From Pavona decussata (taxonomy: Eukaryota), in assembly GCA_977016875.1 (NCBI GenBank), contig CDRNST010000306.1:124001-188000 (forward strand): a stretch of 64,000 nt of DNA. The letters are read 5' to 3'. Shown here one piece after another: positions 60,257-64,000 of the stretch (position 1 is its first letter; every line of letters begins with the position of its first letter). The notes below the pieces were generated by a model. It searched no databases. It saw nothing but the letters and a program-made list of their open reading frames with translations, and was not told the origin of the DNA. Both the position numbers and the translations under genes were made by a program.

Positions 60257-60640
60257 TACCGTATTTATTCGATTAACCGCCCTGGGCGCTTATTTAATTT
60301 TGGGCAAATGAGGGTCGGCGCTTATTATTTCCCAACATTTTGTGCAAGCGAGGACATTTTAAGAGAATAAAAAAACAAGGGATAACAAGTTAATTTCGCT
60401 TCAACTGGACAAAACAAAGTGCAAAAGCTAACATAAACAAGTTCATTAACTACCGTATCTAAAACCAATTTTGGAACACAAGTGACACTCCTCTTACTTC
60501 ACGCTGGGCTAGTACAGAAATGTTTTTTGTTGGGATTGGGGTGGGGTGGGCGCTTATTAACTCTTTGGGCTTTCAGGGTGGACGCTTATTGTAGGTGGGC
60601 GCTTATAAGAAGGTGGACGGTTAATCGAATAAATACGGCA
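60257..60640. mobile_element. Tc1/pogo-type MITE
   Basis: TIRs taccgtatttattcgattaaccgccc / ggacggttaatcgaataaatacggca, with internal gggcgcttat subrepeats. Confidence 0.85.
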
Positions 60641-61095
60641 TCCTAAGTTTAAAATTCACAGCTTTTACAGACTTCGGATATTTAAATTGTTCGAAGTTTA
60701 TAATGAATTTAAGTGTATAATTCCAGCTTTTTTATACAATCCCTGTGTTCCATTTGTTATTTGATCCATTTTCAAAATCCTGGACTTTTACCGCGAAAAA
60801 GGCCTATGAAGGTCACTAACGCAAGGGTTGTTCAATCTTCAAATCTGAGGCGAATACTTTGCTACTATTGGATTAAATTCGACCGCGTGAAGATTCAAAT
60901 GAAAATCAAAGCAGTAGTATTTCCTGCCTTGCTTTTCAGTGATTTTTGTTACGCTGTATTTTACTTACAAAGTGATTTTCCGACTTTGATTGTTGAAAAT
61001 TACCCTTTCACTCTTTTTTTTTTTTTTTTTTTTTGGGGGGGGGGGGGGGGTTATTGTGACAATTAAATTCTACGATGAGACTAAGTTCGTCAGCT

Positions 61096-61511
61096 TGGAC
61101 CTTTTCTCGAAAGTTCCGATAGCTTACCGGGCCCGAAAACTATTTTACGTGCACAATGTTCCTCATCAGAGTTTCAGTCTTCATTGAAGTTAAAAGGTAA
61201 ATTTTAAAATCTTAAGAATTTTTGGCGACATATTGGCAACTTTGAACTAAACATTAACACCAATCGATAAAAAAGAGATTTCAAAAATAGAAATACGTAT
61301 TGTGGCCGTAAAGATATCTCGGGCCTGAAAACCATGTTGTGCGCGCAATGTTCTCAACATACATTCAATACTGGATTCTCTCTGAATGCTCTCAATTTTA
61401 AAATCTTAACAATTTCATGAAACATTTTGGCAAATTGCACTGAAATAATACTACCAATTGAAATAAAACAGTTTTGAAGAATACCTATTTGGCCGCCTAA
61501 GTTACGGGCCC
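61096..61511. mobile_element. Degenerate relative of the 3262-3501 MITE with an internal duplication
   Basis: Starts with tctcgaaagttccgatagcttaccgggcccga, ends with taagttacgggccc, and carries a duplicated cgggcc.gaaaac...gcaatgttc...attttaaaatcttaa segment. Confidence 0.55.
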
Positions 61512-62025
61512 AAGAGGTTTTATGCAGAATTGTTCGTTTTTAGGAGCACTGTGTTCTGTACATAGAACAAGCCCGTAATATCGACATTTGCTCATTTCCA
61601 TGATGACTTCCAAATGTAGCATTTTTATTTGCTCGTACCTTTGAACTCCGGTAACCTAAAAATAATACTGGGGTTTTGTTACTCACTGATGTACCGAAAA
61701 TATAACGAAGTCCCTTTGTCTGCGGATGGCATGGAATTGGATTGAAACTTCAAAAAAAAAAAATAGTAATAATAATAATTATAATAAAAATAGTCCATTT
61801 GTTTTTGCAAGTTCTTTCAGGTGCCATGGAAAATACCTTTTAAATCTGATTATGGTTTGCCTCTGTTCGAGGAACCACTTCATATTTTCGTTCGAGAGGT
61901 TAACGAGGGCTGATTTTTTAATTGACACCAGTTGGGTCTAAAAAGGGCAAATTATATTTGAAATAAGAGGGAGTTCTGTTTTTAAATAACGGTACAGCAA
62001 TCTCTTCCAAATTGTTTATATGATA

Positions 62026-62240
62026 TAGCGGTTTGCGATTGAGTGTCATAAAACCGAAACCAAAGTGATTGCTTTTGCAAATCACAACAAGTGTAAACGC
62101 AAATACATGTAACCTGCGTCAAGCGCGGGAAACGCGTTGCGACCAAGACACGATTGGTCAGTTTGGTTTGGCCTCTTATTGGTTGAAAAAATGGCGCGCA
62201 TTTTGCCAACCAATCATAGAGCGCAGTAAAGCACAACCAT
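62026..62240. repeat. Abundant-type interspersed repeat/MITE
   Basis: tagcggttt...attgagtgtc...aaaccaaagt...aagcgcgggaaacgcg...attggttgaaaaatggcgcg...ccaatca layout, recognised as a coral-type repeat. Confidence 0.55.
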
Positions 62241-62818
62241 CATAAAAGAGAGACAAACATTTTGGCAATCACCTGTTTGAGATTGGAAGACGGGAATGGT
62301 GTGGCTGGCGGTGACCACATTTAATTTCCATGTTACGGTGTCTATGGAGCGAGGCAACAAATGTTTGAGTGTCAAGCAATAATTTCCTGATACCGTATGT
62401 TAAATACCATTAACCAACATTCCAGCATTTAGCATAAACACTGTTTAGTACAGTAGAATGTCTTAACGGGATAACAAGTTGGTATCCTAGTGATCATTTT
62501 ATATCTGACAGTGCATATCAATTTTCTCGTGGAGCATTTCCCTTGTTCGTGAGATCGAATGCGCGAGCAGTAACATTTATTTCGAATGATTTACTACATT
62601 TTAATCGCAAAATGAACCAAAACATCGTTTTATAACCTCTTTACTCTCGTGCCCTCTTTTTGAGAACAAAGTAAATGTTGCTTGTTGCTTGTGTGAAATG
62701 TTCACAGTGAATAAATAAATACTAGTTAGAGAGATAGTATAATTATATCAAGTCCTCTGGGGACTGTGTTCTCCTCCTCATGTATGGACGTCCATAAGGG
62801 CATCCATTTTTAATGTTA

Positions 62819-63277
62819 TGTGCCAATCGAATTGAGACATCGGTATTTCCTGGACATTCCTCAGGTATTTGAATCGTTGCCGTGCTCATATGGGTGGGAT
62901 TTTACATCGGTGTTTGTCCTCAGAGTGGGGAATTTGACATCGTATGGAAGGGATGGAGCCGGGAGTTTGAGAAAGCTGCTTTAACTTCATTATTCGATAT
63001 CATTTGAGAATAGGAACCGGATTGAAAAAAAAGGGACTCCAAACACCTTTGCGATTAACAAAAGAAAAAAACAGGTCGCAGAAAAAATCTCATTGTAAAT
63101 TAAAGCATGCAATCGTTAAAAAAAGAAATTCAGTCAGGTCACAACCTGTTACGATTTCCTAGTGATGGGGAATTTGATCTCCCATTTTGGCAAAGGGATT
63201 TTAACAGACCAGTTTTCAAAAGTTCAAATTTGTAAAGGAGTTCCCGAGGTATGTTGATGTTTCAATTTGATGGGTTC
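62819..63277. mobile_element. Degenerate MITE
   Basis: Imperfect TIRs tgtgccaatcgaattgagacatc / gatgtttcaatttgatgggttca, with internal ggggaatttga repeats. Confidence 0.5.
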
Positions 63278-64000
63278 ATCAGAAGAGATATTTTTAGTAA
63301 GATCATACATGGGTTGCACTACCATAGTTGTGAACATTATATGCTGTACGTATTTTATTTTCATGACCATGGGTCAGACGTTTTAATATGTATTTCTTCT
63401 CTGAATGTAAATATTCTCTCAATTTGTACAAAAATGTGACGAACTCTTTTATTGAATTTTACTGTATAATAATCACCAATGTATTCTATTCTCTCATGTA
63501 ACACCAGTATTACAATGCGACGCGCCTTACCGTGGCAGCCAACAAACGTTTTTTTACAAGTTAGCCATAAAATACAAAACGACATGTTTTCAATAATTCG
63601 TTGTTACGTCACTTGCCTGTTGGACTTTGCAAGGAGGCGTGACCGTTAATCAAATTCATGTATCCTGATTGGCTAACTAGTAAAAAAAGTTTGTTGGGTG
63701 GCCACGGTAAGGCGCGTCGCACTGTAATTATAAAGACTACGCACAATGACAGTAAACCCGATAATACGACCACCTGAAGGCGAGTTTACACATACCGATT
63801 CATGGCCCCGATAAGTAAGTTTAATCGGACGTTAAATCACCAATTTACACTTGTTAAAATTTCTTTGCCGATTTCTTTTCCTGTTGGTGTAGCGCGGGGT
63901 GAAAATCTGTTGCTCTGACACTGGTTGTTTTTTTTTTGTCGGCTCGTTTACTTTATCAAAGTGGGCCAAACGGCCCGGTAATCGATACTTGTAAATTAAC

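Overview
AT-rich animal genomic DNA. The repeat families resemble those of scleractinian corals (inferred from repeat recognition, not tested). The window has three main components. (1) A tandem cluster of five co-oriented, single-coding-exon class A GPCR genes (ATGs at about 4224, 16367, 32593, 40284 and 59066). Each ATG is preceded by a splice acceptor, and all five share an unusual pocket signature: D3.32, K7.39 and Y7.43 present; C3.25 and P5.50 absent; very short ECL2. (2) An intact 6.93-kb rolling-circle transposon (18307-25234) with a 1765-aa intronless Rep/PIF1 helicase. It combines a Helentron/HLE2-type HUH motif and 11-bp asymmetric terminal inverted repeats with A|TT...CTAG|T ends and no endonuclease domain. 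It also has an N-terminal array of STPR-like repeats, clustered GNA mini-hairpins at the 5' end, a CRE-containing direct repeat near both ends and candidate small introns in the 3' region. This is the most notable system in the window. (3) Many MITEs and other repeats, several nested. These include a 3.1-kb TIR element with a 9-10 bp TSD, Penelope/hammerhead-like remnants, a tRNA-derived SINE and a non-LTR RT fragment. Several weak, decayed minus-strand coding-like tracts are reported at low confidence.
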